Assembly: GCA_015522685.1 (NCBI GenBank)
Contig: WALU01000038.1
Coordinates: 1 to 56,399 of the forward strand
Source: Thermoproteota archaeon
Lineage (GTDB): Archaea; Korarchaeota; Korarchaeia; Korarchaeales; Korarchaeaceae
DNA: 56,399 nt
Direction: 5' to 3'
Shown: positions 37,854 through 48,590 of the stretch, piece after piece
Layout: each line of letters starts with the position of its first letter
How positions within the stretch are numbered: position 1 is the first letter of the stretch
The notes under the pieces: generated by a model
Seen by the model: only the letters and a program-made list of their open reading frames with translations
The model's database searches: none
What the model was told of the DNA's origin: nothing
Translations under genes and position numbers: made by a program

Positions 37854-39122
37854 CTATTTCTTCTTCCTCTCTAAGGGGACTACGTCAAGAACTATGCCTG
37901 CAGCTATAGTCATGCCCATATCTCTGACGGCGAATCTACCTAGTGGTGGGAACTCACTATATTTCTCAATGACGAATGGCTTTAACGGCTGGAACTTCAC
38001 TATCGCAGCTTCTCCCCTCCTTATGAAGCTAGGATTCTCCTCAGTGGCCTGCCCAGTCCTAGGATCGATCTTTTTCTCTATTGAGATCATCTTGCAAGCC
38101 ATATGTCCTGTATGAGCATGTATCACTGGAGTATACCCAGGTGCAATTGCTGTTGGATGCTGTAGTACAACCATCTGAGCTGTAAATTCTTTAGCTACCA
38201 TAGGAGGATTGTTAGGATGTCCTATTACATCTCCTCTCTTGATATCCTTCTTATCAATACCTTTGATATTTATTCCTATATTATCTCCAGGCTCTGCCTT
38301 GCTAAGTTTCTCATGATGCATTTCTATACTTTTTACTTCAGCAGTTTTATCTAACGGTTCTATTATTATCCGATCACTAGGCTTCAGCACGCCAGTCTCA
38401 ACTCTTCCAACTACTACTGTGCCAACGCCGGTTATTGAGAAAACATCTTGTATGGGTATTCTGAGGGGTTTATCGACTGGCTTAGGTGGTGCAGAGAATG
38501 TATCAAGGAGTTCGTATAAAGTTGGACCATTATACCAAGGAGTATTCTCACTCTTCTTAGCAACGTTGTCACCTTTAAGTCCACTTATAGGTATAAACTG
38601 GATCTTATCTGGATTATAACCTACCTTCTTGAGCAGCTCAGCTACTTGGTCCTTCACCTCCTCAAATCTATCTTTGCTGTAGTTTACTGTAGGATCATCC
38701 ATCTTAGAAATAGCTACAGCGAGTTGATTCACCCCTAAGGTCTTAATGAGGAAAACGTGCTCTATGGTCTGGGCTTGTACACCCTCACCGGACTTTGCGG
38801 AAACCACTAAGATAGCAGCATCTGCTTGGCTAGCCCCAGTTATCATATTCTTAACGAAATCTCTATGACCGGGAGCGTCAATTATCGTTAGCATCTTATG
38901 AGGGGTCTCTATCTTTGTATGGAAGAGATCGATAGTCATACCCCTCTCTCGCTCCTCCTTGAGCTTATCAACTAGCCATGCAAATTGGGCATCAGCAGCT
39001 TGCTCTTCTGAAGGAAGTTCTTCTACCAGCTGAAGATCGAAGAACATCCTTCCTATCAACGTCGACTTTCCGTGGTCGACGTGTCCTACGAAAATCAGAT
39101 TTACATGTTCCTTCCCAGCCAT
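37854..39122 (-). CDS. tuf: Translation elongation factor EF-1alpha
   Basis: [50 protein letters not shown]. Confidence 0.98.
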   Translation of the reverse strand: MAGKEHVNLIFVGHVDHGKSTLIGRMFFDLQLVEELPSEEQAADAQFAWLVDKLKEERERGMTIDLFHTKIETPHKMLTIIDAPGHRDFVKNMITGASQADAAILVVSAKSGEGVQAQTIEHVFLIKTLGVNQLAVAISKMDDPTVNYSKDRFEEVKDQVAELLKKVGYNPDKIQFIPISGLKGDNVAKKSENTPWYNGPTLYELLDTFSAPPKPVDKPLRIPIQDVFSITGVGTVVVGRVETGVLKPSDRIIIEPLDKTAEVKSIEMHHEKLSKAEPGDNIGINIKGIDKKDIKRGDVIGHPNNPPMVAKEFTAQMVVLQHPTAIAPGYTPVIHAHTGHMACKMISIEKKIDPRTGQATEENPSFIRRGEAAIVKFQPLKPFVIEKYSEFPPLGRFAVRDMGMTIAAGIVLDVVPLERKKK

Positions 39123-39215
39123 CTTATCACCCTATCATAATACATCAATATCTCTACACTCCATAACCGTGCGCATTTTTAAACCTAAACCTAACTTTCA
39201 ATCTAAGGGCTAGTT

Positions 39216-39689
39216 ATGAATTCTGTTAGAGAACTAGATAGATACAAAGAGTTTACAGCTTGGATATCTACATTCCCAACACTCACGCTATTCCTCGCTA
39301 TTATTATATCAGCTAGATATACCTTCATTAGTGAGGAGATAGGTTCGGTTCTTAGCATAATATTCATGATGATAGCTCTCTTTCTCTTTATTATGTCAGA
39401 TAAATACGTCAGAAAAATAGTATTTTCTGAGAATTTAAGCGAGAATGAGGCCTTCAAGCTTTATAGAAATGCCTCATTGGCGTCTGGCGTGATCATCCCG
39501 ATAATTGGACTAATCTCAGCTCTACTCGTTGGATATACAAATGCTCCTATTACAGCATTTTCTTTCATGATAATATCACTGAGTGGTGTTGGATCAGCTT
39601 GGAAGAGGTTCTACGATAAACTTAGTGGGAAGATAACATTCTCTAGCCCAGAAGATACAAGTCAGGATAAGAGAAAGAAAAAGAAGTGA
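39216..39689 (+). CDS. Hypothetical 4-TM membrane protein
   Basis: 157-aa ORF with four hydrophobic segments and a basic tail. Confidence 0.75.
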   Translation: MNSVRELDRYKEFTAWISTFPTLTLFLAIIISARYTFISEEIGSVLSIIFMMIALFLFIMSDKYVRKIVFSENLSENEAFKLYRNASLASGVIIPIIGLISALLVGYTNAPITAFSFMIISLSGVGSAWKRFYDKLSGKITFSSPEDTSQDKRKKKK

Positions 39690-39708
39690 ACTAAACTAAA
39701 CTAAACTA
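39689..39708. repeat. Pentanucleotide tandem repeat (AACTA)4
   Basis: aactaaactaaactaaacta fills the gap between two convergent stop codons. Confidence 0.85.
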
Positions 39709-41046
39709 TAAGACCTTCTCTATAGCTTTTATGAGTTCTTCTGCTTTCAAGGGATCTCTAGCTTCTACAAGCACCCTTATCTTAGGTTCTGTCCTAGAGA
39801 GCCTTATTAGAGCCCATGATTCAGCAGTTGACAGCTTCACACCATCGGTTAGATCTATATTCATCTCTCTTTTCTTGCCGAATGAGATTAGATTCTCCTT
39901 TAGGGAATCCCAGCTACTCTTTATTCCAAAATTTTTCCTTATCATATGATACCTAGGAAGTTCCTCAATCAGCTCGCTAATGGATATTCTCTTATGCGAC
40001 ATTATCTCCAGAATGATAGAAGCTGCTAGAGGGCCATCCCTTCCCATATGAAAATCTGGTAGAATGACCCCACCGCAGCTTCCCTCTCCTCCTACTGTAG
40101 CGTCAATCTCCTTCATTTTATGTGATACGTATGCTTCTCCTACAGGAGTTCTATAGATCTTAGCCCCTCTTTTCTTTGCTATATCATCAAACATCTTGGA
40201 AGAAGCTACATTCACGACGACGGTTCCACCACCTCTCTTAGCTAAGATATAATCCACTACTAGAGCGAGAGTTATATCCTCAGGCATTATCTCTCCTTTC
40301 TCAGTTACTAAGGATAGTCGATCAGCATCTGTATCATGAGCAAATCCTACATCTGATTTTGTGGCTATTACGATCTTAGATAAGTCACCTAAGGTGTCGG
40401 GTCTCGGTTCCATCTCTCTAACAAAGATTCCTGGGGATGAGTTGATAGTATTAACATGAACTCCCAAAGCTTGAAATAGATAAGGCGTAACATATGCTCC
40501 AGCACCTCCATTCACATCCAGAATGACGTGTGACTCGTTCTTCCTGATCTTATCAGCATCTATGAAATTCAAGAGATCATCTATATATTCTTCAGTTACA
40601 TCAATGTTCTCCTCTGTTCCGAGATCGGTCCAAGGTACAGATTTGAACTTGCCACTGTGAAATTCCTCCTTTAAAGTCTCCATCTCAGTAGGATGCAAGA
40701 GAAGCCCTCCTTTACCTATTAACTTAAGAGCATTCCACTCAGGAGGGTTGTGGCTAGCTGAGATTATGATGCCTCCATCAGCATCATATTTTTCTACTGC
40801 CCATGCTATAGTAGGAGTAGGGACTATTCCTATGTTAAGCACATTCACACCAGCTGATAAAAGCCCAGCTACTACTGCCCGATCTAAGGCGTAACCGCTA
40901 GGTCTGGTATCTCTCCCTACAATGACAAGAGATCCTACCTCCAACTTCCTTCCAAATATATTAGAGATTTTAGAAACTATCTCAGCATCTATTCCATCGC
41001 CTACTATTCCTCTAATTCCCAAAGGAGTGAATATTAGAGTCATCAA
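39706..41046 (-). CDS. Phosphohexomutase (GlmM/PMM-PGM family)
   Basis: SASHNP, DTDADR, GGEGS, RLSRTEPKIR. Confidence 0.92.
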   Translation of the reverse strand: MMTLIFTPLGIRGIVGDGIDAEIVSKISNIFGRKLEVGSLVIVGRDTRPSGYALDRAVVAGLLSAGVNVLNIGIVPTPTIAWAVEKYDADGGIIISASHNPPEWNALKLIGKGGLLLHPTEMETLKEEFHSGKFKSVPWTDLGTEENIDVTEEYIDDLLNFIDADKIRKNESHVILDVNGGAGAYVTPYLFQALGVHVNTINSSPGIFVREMEPRPDTLGDLSKIVIATKSDVGFAHDTDADRLSLVTEKGEIMPEDITLALVVDYILAKRGGGTVVVNVASSKMFDDIAKKRGAKIYRTPVGEAYVSHKMKEIDATVGGEGSCGGVILPDFHMGRDGPLAASIILEIMSHKRISISELIEELPRYHMIRKNFGIKSSWDSLKENLISFGKKREMNIDLTDGVKLSTAESWALIRLSRTEPKIRVLVEARDPLKAEELIKAIEKVL

Positions 41047-43006
41047 CTATCGCCTCCTTAGAAGATACATACGCCTTTAAGGTAGGAAGGAGAACAGCAA
41101 GCATCAGTATAAACCCGATAACGCCTGAAACTGGTTCTAATGGGCTTGATTTTACTACATCTATTATACTAGTCTCCATTATGTCCAGTACTCCACCTAT
41201 AGCGAAACCTGCTATGGATGGAACTGCTACATAGTTAAAGAAGTTATCTCCTCCATACCTCTTTGTGAGATATCTCAATATACTTGATATTATGTAGAGA
41301 ATGGCATATTGTGGTATGAGCACTCCAAACAATACCCCTACCGCACTGATACTGATCCATGGAATTATTCCCCTAAGAAGGAAAACAAATCCTCCTATAA
41401 TTAATCCTTCTAAGAAGTAATCAACCTTCCATCCAGCTAGATTACCCATGACTGATAATAATCCTTCATTTGGATATATGGGCGTGTTTATCTCTAAAGG
41501 CTTCTTGGCAGCGCCCCATATATGAAAGGACACGAGCAAGAGCAGGCCCCCTACTATCGCTCCAAACAGGAGACCTATTAATTGGGCTTTGAACATCTCT
41601 CTTGCCTTCATTCCTATAGATTGAGAGTATCTAAAGCTCTCAGCTGATGCTGTGGGCTGGGCTGAGACAGTATCAGTTACCATGGCCGATGCAGCTCCTG
41701 AAAAGAAGGCATCAGATGATGATCTATGAAACATTCCTGTGGAGAAAAATACATTATCTAAAACTCCTCTTATCCCTAGATCCATGGGTATAATCCAATT
41801 ACCCATCCCTAAAGTCCATACATATCCATGCCAATATAACACATGCATCGAGACGAGCACTAGGGCTATTATTGGATTCACGCCTAGTACTGCTATTAAG
41901 GATATACTGGCAGTAAATGTTAGAAGCCAACCAATTACGAGCCACCTTCTCGTAATAGGCTCATCCTCCCAATTTTTCCAGCTATCCTTGATGTACTTAT
42001 AACCAAGAATTAGAGGTATAATACCAACAGCAAGATAAAGCCCTGTAGATATATGATACCAAGGTACTGGGCCGTTAACTGCTGCATTGGACGTATAGAA
42101 TGCGAAATCTCTTCCACTTTCATATGGAAGAAGGCCCATTCTCACGAGAATTGGAGGAACTAGTAGATATGCCACAATAGCAGTGGCCCACGTGGATATT
42201 TGTATCTCTATAGGAATTAGGAAAGCCCAAGCAAATAGGTCTGGAGTTATTTGCGTTCCCGTATCCATACCAAAAGCTCCTCCGGGAAAATAATGCTGGA
42301 GCATCGGTGTGAAATCTACCCTAAGGTCGGCGGTGGGGAATTCTTGCCATATGGCTTGGAGTAGATGCCCCCTTTGGAATAAACTTATTGAAAAACCAGC
42401 AAGAAGACCAAGCCAAAGCCATCTTAATCCTTTTCTTCTCTCTTTTATAAGCTTCGAAAAGCTTGCGCTGACCGTAGCTACCGGAAATATTAGCTTCTCT
42501 TTATTCATGTAAAATTTCCTGAAGGGTATTATGTTTAGATATGAGAAAATAGATAATATTATTGCAAATATTACAACATATGTGAGAGGACCGACCCAAA
42601 CCATCCAGTTTAAATTACCGCCTAGCAGTAGTGATCTAAGAGCTTCAGGATTTTTTGGAACAAGGAAACTTGGTAATATCCCTCTTAGTGGGAAGTCCCT
42701 AGATAAGCCTGCGATAGCCCATGATGGAAGAATATACTGCCATCCTATGAACAAGACAGTAATTACCTCTACTGATCCAAATATAACACCCATCTCTCCA
42801 ATGGATAGAGGATTCCCCTTTATTGTCGATAAAGCATAAGAGATAGCTAAAACTACAAGTGCAGCTTCTCCTGTCCAGCTGTAGCCCCCAGCGCTTCTCA
42901 TAGCAGTTTGAGCAAACAACATAAATAGGCCAAATAGAAAAGAGAGGGTAACAGACCTAACTGTAAAGGGACTCTTACTTCCTTCTTGGCTTTCAGCGTT
43001 CTTCAA
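41012..43006 (-). CDS. Large polytopic membrane protein, OPT-like transporter superfamily
   Basis: About 16 hydrophobic segments, EKLIFP motif. Confidence 0.6.
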   Translation of the reverse strand: MKNAESQEGSKSPFTVRSVTLSFLFGLFMLFAQTAMRSAGGYSWTGEAALVVLAISYALSTIKGNPLSIGEMGVIFGSVEVITVLFIGWQYILPSWAIAGLSRDFPLRGILPSFLVPKNPEALRSLLLGGNLNWMVWVGPLTYVVIFAIILSIFSYLNIIPFRKFYMNKEKLIFPVATVSASFSKLIKERRKGLRWLWLGLLAGFSISLFQRGHLLQAIWQEFPTADLRVDFTPMLQHYFPGGAFGMDTGTQITPDLFAWAFLIPIEIQISTWATAIVAYLLVPPILVRMGLLPYESGRDFAFYTSNAAVNGPVPWYHISTGLYLAVGIIPLILGYKYIKDSWKNWEDEPITRRWLVIGWLLTFTASISLIAVLGVNPIIALVLVSMHVLYWHGYVWTLGMGNWIIPMDLGIRGVLDNVFFSTGMFHRSSSDAFFSGAASAMVTDTVSAQPTASAESFRYSQSIGMKAREMFKAQLIGLLFGAIVGGLLLLVSFHIWGAAKKPLEINTPIYPNEGLLSVMGNLAGWKVDYFLEGLIIGGFVFLLRGIIPWISISAVGVLFGVLIPQYAILYIISSILRYLTKRYGGDNFFNYVAVPSIAGFAIGGVLDIMETSIIDVVKSSPLEPVSGVIGFILMLAVLLPTLKAYVSSKEAIVDDSNIHSFGN

Positions 43007-43036
43007 GGGATCACCCTTTCACTCTTTCACTTCAAT

Positions 43037-43801
43037 CTAAAGAATAAGACCTCTTTTTATACTTAGGTGCTCGTCTGTGATTCCTTGAGAGAATTCTCTC
43101 TTTACTCCTTCAGATTCTCTCAGAGTGTCTACAGTCTCAGGAAGACTTGACATGTATCCAAATAATGAGATGAATTCTGCAGCCTTTTTATCTTTCTCTC
43201 TGATCTTTATAGAGTTCATGAGCACATTGATTGAAAAGTTCGAGTAGGGAGCTGTAGTTGGCAGAAAAATACACAGATCTTGGAGATAAATGCCCTCTCC
43301 TGAGATGACAAGAGTTCTGGGTGTGGTAAGGAGAGAATCTCTGATCCAATCTAAGTAGGTTTCCTTAATGAAATTTAATGAGACCTTGAATACCTTGAAG
43401 TAGGGGCAATAAACTAGGTCTTCATGAATCTCTTCGAGTGTTAAATCCTTTATAGGAAGAGCCATCGAGAGCCTCTCTAGAAGGACTTCATAAGGTCTAA
43501 TAGTAATTCCAGAACTTCTGTACGAAACTTTAGTAGCTATCTGGTTGCAATCATACTCCAAAAAAGCATCTGTTTCTTCAATGAAATCTTCTAAGAATCC
43601 GGAAACTTTTACTCCCTTTTGTTTGAAGAGATATAGCTCCGGCCTACTACAATACACTGGTACCTTACGAGATATGTACTTAGAGTAGGGGGTAGCCTTA
43701 TGGCTGTAAGCACCGACTACATGAATATCTGGTTGCCTATTTAGGCCTTCTAGCAGCGGTATAGTGTAAGGGTCATGTCCAACGATCCCTACTCTTATCA
43801 T
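43037..43801 (-). CDS. Degenerate archaeal (type II) GAPDH homologue, probably catalytically inactive
   Basis: RVGIVG..QPDIHVVG..GVKVSGFLEDF and C-terminal PETVDTLR match archaeal GAPDH, but GYGTIG and SCNT are missing; ATGA overlap with pgk. Confidence 0.7.
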   Translation of the reverse strand: MIRVGIVGHDPYTIPLLEGLNRQPDIHVVGAYSHKATPYSKYISRKVPVYCSRPELYLFKQKGVKVSGFLEDFIEETDAFLEYDCNQIATKVSYRSSGITIRPYEVLLERLSMALPIKDLTLEEIHEDLVYCPYFKVFKVSLNFIKETYLDWIRDSLLTTPRTLVISGEGIYLQDLCIFLPTTAPYSNFSINVLMNSIKIREKDKKAAEFISLFGYMSSLPETVDTLRESEGVKREFSQGITDEHLSIKRGLIL

Positions 43802-45015
43802 AGACGTGTGCTCTCCCTAAGAGCATCTACTGCAGGTAAGGGCAGGCCTGCTAATCCATATAAGACAGCTCCTCCGGCAGTGTATACCCTACTACCCCTG
43901 GTCCCTACCATATTGGCCGCAGTACTGAGATGACCTCCACAGAGTACAGATTCCTTTGCGTATTCTTCCATTGCTTTCACTATCTCTAGAGTACCTTTTC
44001 TTGATTCAGGCTTCTCGAATATCCCCATAGGACCATTAGCTACAGAAAGATCGGCGCCTCTTAATCTCTCCTTATAAATCTCGATGGTTCCAGGACCTAT
44101 ATCTATTATCTCGCTTTCTTCAGGCACTGCGTAAACAGGTACATCCTCGATGGTCTCGTTCTTCAGCTTGACCACAAAATCTACTGGGTAAAAAACCCTA
44201 CCAGTCCCCATTTCAAGGATCTCTCGAGCTGCTGGTAAGAGAAGATCTAAATCTCTAACTTTTCTCGCTTCTCCATTAAGCTTATGCCCGGATGCTAATG
44301 CTATTATGATACCGAGCAAACCTCCAGTTAATACCTCAGCAGCTCTACCATTTCTTATAGCATGAACCATTACCTTCAGCTTATCTGAGACTTTCGCTCC
44401 TCCTAATATGAAGATCCTCTTTCCTCTTATCGCATTAATCTCGGACATTTCAGCTATCATCCTTTGCATATTCCTTCCTGCTGCTGCCGGCATCAGATAT
44501 GGAAATGCTACTAATGAAGGTTGACTTCTATGAGCTGCTTGAAATGCATCATTGATATAGACATTAAAGAGAGGCGCAAGCCTCTGAACGAAATGCGTCT
44601 TTATCAGATCTCTAGGGTCACCTTCGATATTTTCCTCAGCCATAAATCTTAAATTTTCAAGTAGCAAAACTTCTCCTTGTCCAAGCGCCTTTATCTGCTC
44701 TCGTATCTCTCTAGATATAACTCCATCAACATATTTTACCTTACTATCTATCTCTTTAGCCAATTCTTCTGCATGAGATTCTGTACTCGTGAAATCGCTA
44801 CTTCCAGGTCTACCTTGATGCGTTCCTACTACGACAGAGGAACCTCTCTCCACAAGTTCCTTTAAAGTTTTTGCTGTCTGCTTGATCTTCTCTACACTCA
44901 TTATCTCTCCATTATCTCCTATAGGAACATTCATATCAGCCCTTAAGAAGACCTTCTTTCCATCTAGTGATATGTTATCAAGTGTAAGAATTTTCTTTAC
45001 TCTCAAGAGCATCAC
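43798..45015 (-). CDS. pgk: Phosphoglycerate kinase
   Basis: RADMNVP, HQGRP, LLENLRF, NDAF.AAHRSQPS, LGGAKVSDK, DIGP, NGPMGIFE. Confidence 0.95.
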   Translation of the reverse strand: MMLLRVKKILTLDNISLDGKKVFLRADMNVPIGDNGEIMSVEKIKQTAKTLKELVERGSSVVVGTHQGRPGSSDFTSTESHAEELAKEIDSKVKYVDGVISREIREQIKALGQGEVLLLENLRFMAEENIEGDPRDLIKTHFVQRLAPLFNVYINDAFQAAHRSQPSLVAFPYLMPAAAGRNMQRMIAEMSEINAIRGKRIFILGGAKVSDKLKVMVHAIRNGRAAEVLTGGLLGIIIALASGHKLNGEARKVRDLDLLLPAAREILEMGTGRVFYPVDFVVKLKNETIEDVPVYAVPEESEIIDIGPGTIEIYKERLRGADLSVANGPMGIFEKPESRKGTLEIVKAMEEYAKESVLCGGHLSTAANMVGTRGSRVYTAGGAVLYGLAGLPLPAVDALRESTRL

Positions 45016-45114
45016 CTAGTATAATGCTAGCTGTAGTAAGCTGTGAGGCCTAAGAATTAAATTTTACATCAATAGAGGAAAGTAGCATATCTATTAGTTA
45101 AAATTCTTAAATAC

Positions 45115-45927
45115 CTACTTTAGGAACTCTGCGAGCGCATCTTTACATGCACAAGATCTCTCCCTTGGTATAAGAGGGATAGATCTAGCAAGAAGCTTTG
45201 ATACATCTTCTAATCTTCTAGAGAACACATCCAGTACTTCTTGATGGGTCAACTTTTCTCTACCACCAATTCCTGCTGCGTAGTTCGTTACAATCGATAT
45301 ACTAGCATAGCATATTGCTAACTCCCTAGCAAGAGCAGCTTCAGGACAGCCTGTCATACCCACGATATCTCCTCCCATTATAGCCATCGCCTTTATCTCG
45401 GCAGGAGTTTCAAACCTATTTCCTTCTGTGCATACATATACCCCTCTATCTATAAGATGAATGCCTAGTTGATTGGATGCATTTGCAAGGGCAGACCTTA
45501 TCTCTGGACAATATGTATATGGAGTCATAGAGACATGTATCACTCCTTCAATATTTCTTCCTCTAACAATGATCTCAGTTTTTCCATCATAAAAAGTGCT
45601 ATCTCTACATTTTGTTAAATCTATAAAATCATGAGGTAGGATGATGGTACCCAATTTAAGCTTAGGATTTATAGCTCCAACAGCATTACTTGCTATTATT
45701 CTCTCTACTCCTAGCATATTCAAAGCATATATATTAGCCTTATAGTTCACCTTGAAGGGTGGAATATCATGCTTCTTTCCATGCCTAGGAATAAAAGCTA
45801 TCTCCTCATCTCCAAACTCTCCTAGGTAAACATAAGCTAAACCAAAGGGGGTACCTATTCTTCTAAGTTCGGAATCTTCTATGAGATGGTATACACCACT
45901 ACCCCCTATGATGCCTATCCTAACCAT
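45115..45927 (-). CDS. mtnP: Methylthioadenosine/purine nucleoside phosphorylase
   Basis: IGIIGGSG, PRHG..H, EGNRFETPAE, VGMT..PEA.LARE, VTNYAAG. Confidence 0.9.
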   Translation of the reverse strand: MVRIGIIGGSGVYHLIEDSELRRIGTPFGLAYVYLGEFGDEEIAFIPRHGKKHDIPPFKVNYKANIYALNMLGVERIIASNAVGAINPKLKLGTIILPHDFIDLTKCRDSTFYDGKTEIIVRGRNIEGVIHVSMTPYTYCPEIRSALANASNQLGIHLIDRGVYVCTEGNRFETPAEIKAMAIMGGDIVGMTGCPEAALARELAICYASISIVTNYAAGIGGREKLTHQEVLDVFSRRLEDVSKLLARSIPLIPRERSCACKDALAEFLK

Positions 45928-46034
45928 TGCATGCACTCTCCTATCCAATAAGAGGTGATAATTTTTATAACTCGTGGTTACCCATGATACATGCCTACAT
46001 TTAGTGTTAAGTGTGGAGGCGTTAAATACTGGAG

Positions 46035-47696
46035 GTGAGTGTAATGACTTTGGCTACTGTAGGAGGGAAACCTGTCCTAGTATTGAAGGAGGGAACTACG
46101 AGAACTCGAGGTGAAGAGGCTAGAAGAATAAATATTATGGCTGCTCGTGCAATTACTGACGCAGTTAAGACAACGCTAGGACCTAAGGGCATGGATAAAA
46201 TGATAGTAGACACTTTAGGTGATATTACTGTCAGTAATGATGGAGCTACTATTCTCCAGGAGATGGAGGTGGCTCATCCATCCGCTAAACTTATGGTGAA
46301 TTTGGCTAAGGCTCAGGATAAAGAGGTAGGAGACGGTACAACCACCAGCGTGGTACTAGCCGGCGAACTATTGGCCGAGGCTGAAAACCTGCTCCAGAAG
46401 GATATACATCCCACTATAATAATAGACGGCTATGAGAAAGCCCTGAAGTTTATTGAGGAAGAACTTGAGAAACTGGCAATAGAAGTCAATCCTGAGGATG
46501 AGGGGTGGTTGAAAAAAGTAGCTGAAACTGCTATGAGCAGCAAGCTTATCAGCGCTGAGAAAAAGAAGCTAGCAGAAATTGCGGTAAAAGCAGTAAAGGC
46601 TGTAGAGGAGAAGAAAGGTGATGAGAGGATAGTCGATATAGATAATGTGAAAATAGTAAAGAAGAAAGGAGGTAATCTGTCTGACGTTCAGTTCATAAGA
46701 GGCGTAGTACTGGATAAGGAGGTTGTCCACAGGGATATGCCTAAGGTTGTGAAAAATGCTAAGATATCAATTTCAAATCTCTCTCTGGAGATAAAGAAGC
46801 CTGAGATAGACATGGAAGTTCAGATATCTTCGCCTCAGGAATTGAGGGGGTTCATAGATCAAGAGACTAGAATATTAAAGGAGAAAGTTGAAAAGATTGC
46901 TGCTACTGGCGCTAACGTGGTCTTCTGCCAGAAGGGAATAGATGAGGTTGCTCAGCATTTCCTAGCTAAGCATGGCATACTAGCAGTTAGAAGGGTAAGT
47001 GAGAAGGATATGCAGAGGATAGAGAAATCCACAGGAGGAAAAGTAGTCAATAATCTTGATGATTTGACTGAAGCAGAGCTAGGATATGCTGGAATTGTGG
47101 AAGAGAGGAAGATAGGAGACGATAGAATGATCTTCATAGAGGAATGCAAGAATCCGAAGGCTGTAACGATACTGATTAGAGCAAGTGCAGACACAATACT
47201 AGATGAAGCTGAAAGAGGCCTCAAGGATGCGCTGTACGTAGCCAGAAACGTAGTTGAGGATAGCAAGGTATTCTATGGAGGTGGCTCTATACAGGCTGAG
47301 CTAGCTATAAGGTTGAAGGACTATGCTCATGCAGTAAAAGGTAAAGAGCAGTTAGCCATGGAGGCATTTGCCAATGCCCTTGAGAGCATACCCAGAATAC
47401 TGGCTGAGAATTCAGGAATGGATTCAGTTGATGCTCTCGTTGAGATAAGAAATGCCCACAAATCTGGAAAGATCTCAATTGGTGTCGACGCTCTAAACAG
47501 TAAGGTAGGAGATATGAATAAGATAGGTGTTGTCGATACTTATAGAGGAGTGAAAAATGCTATAGCAGCTGCGACAGAGACAGCGGTGCTGGTAATAAAG
47601 ACAGATGATATAATAGCAGCTAAATCTTATGAGGGAAAGGGTAAGAGTGGAGGAGGCGAAGAGGAAGGCGAAGGATTTAAATCCAAATTCGACTAA
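46035..47696 (+). CDS. ths: Thermosome subunit (group II chaperonin)
   Basis: [25 protein letters not shown]. Confidence 0.97.
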   Translation: MSVMTLATVGGKPVLVLKEGTTRTRGEEARRINIMAARAITDAVKTTLGPKGMDKMIVDTLGDITVSNDGATILQEMEVAHPSAKLMVNLAKAQDKEVGDGTTTSVVLAGELLAEAENLLQKDIHPTIIIDGYEKALKFIEEELEKLAIEVNPEDEGWLKKVAETAMSSKLISAEKKKLAEIAVKAVKAVEEKKGDERIVDIDNVKIVKKKGGNLSDVQFIRGVVLDKEVVHRDMPKVVKNAKISISNLSLEIKKPEIDMEVQISSPQELRGFIDQETRILKEKVEKIAATGANVVFCQKGIDEVAQHFLAKHGILAVRRVSEKDMQRIEKSTGGKVVNNLDDLTEAELGYAGIVEERKIGDDRMIFIEECKNPKAVTILIRASADTILDEAERGLKDALYVARNVVEDSKVFYGGGSIQAELAIRLKDYAHAVKGKEQLAMEAFANALESIPRILAENSGMDSVDALVEIRNAHKSGKISIGVDALNSKVGDMNKIGVVDTYRGVKNAIAAATETAVLVIKTDDIIAAKSYEGKGKSGGGEEEGEGFKSKFD

Positions 47697-47705
47697 GGGC
47701 TCTAG

Positions 47706-48590
47706 ATGAAACTGATAGACAAAAAGACAGGAAAAATCTTAGGAATAAACTCTTTTGATCTTTTTCTAATAATTATAATCCTCGCATTTACTGGCTATTA
47801 TGCATATGAGAATCTGCTTCCTCCTCCTCAGGAGGTAAATGCATATTCAGGGCTTAATATTAACAATGCTGCTTTAGAATTCTCTAGACTATCTGGTCTT
47901 GGGTATGTAGTAGATGCTCATGTCGATGGAGTTTGGACTACTAACAAAACTGAGTTCCATGATGATGTGCTGATCACTTGGTCTTACGAGACTAGACTCT
48001 TTGGATGGTATAAGGGAAAGAGGATAACTATAGGGGGTCCAAATGCTTATGTCGAAGACATAGCAGCAACAAAAATAACGTTCAAGACAGAATCTCCCTC
48101 CATCATAAGGGCCTATATGTATCCCACGGAGAGGAATACCATAACAGAGATAGCTAATGAATTAGATGACCTTAGTGAGAAAATTTCTGGAGATTACGGC
48201 GTTAAGGTAATAAAGATTAGATCCTCCTTAATACTAGACATTCCGAAGCTAAAACCTAATGCATATCTCTATAACAGGCTCAAATGGAGGATATACAATG
48301 AAATCCCTTGGGGATATCCCTACATATATCTAGGAGATTCCTTTATAACGATAAGATTTGATTATACACAGAAAACGGCTCTTACAACGAATGATTTCAG
48401 GAAGATAGATTCCATCCTGAGGGACCTGAATATAACATATGAAAGAGCCGTGCTAGATTCGGCATATATCTATATAGGGACTAAAAAGCCACTAACTGGC
48501 ATATCAGTCTACTCTAAGCTCCTGGATAATGCTAGGCCTCTCTCAGGAATGATTGATGTCACTAGACTTACATACATTCCAAAGCCATGA
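47706..48590 (+). CDS. Membrane-anchored protein with a DUF4330-like N-terminus
   Basis: MKLIDKKTGKILGINSFDL followed by a single TM helix. Confidence 0.6.
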   Translation: MKLIDKKTGKILGINSFDLFLIIIILAFTGYYAYENLLPPPQEVNAYSGLNINNAALEFSRLSGLGYVVDAHVDGVWTTNKTEFHDDVLITWSYETRLFGWYKGKRITIGGPNAYVEDIAATKITFKTESPSIIRAYMYPTERNTITEIANELDDLSEKISGDYGVKVIKIRSSLILDIPKLKPNAYLYNRLKWRIYNEIPWGYPYIYLGDSFITIRFDYTQKTALTTNDFRKIDSILRDLNITYERAVLDSAYIYIGTKKPLTGISVYSKLLDNARPLSGMIDVTRLTYIPKP

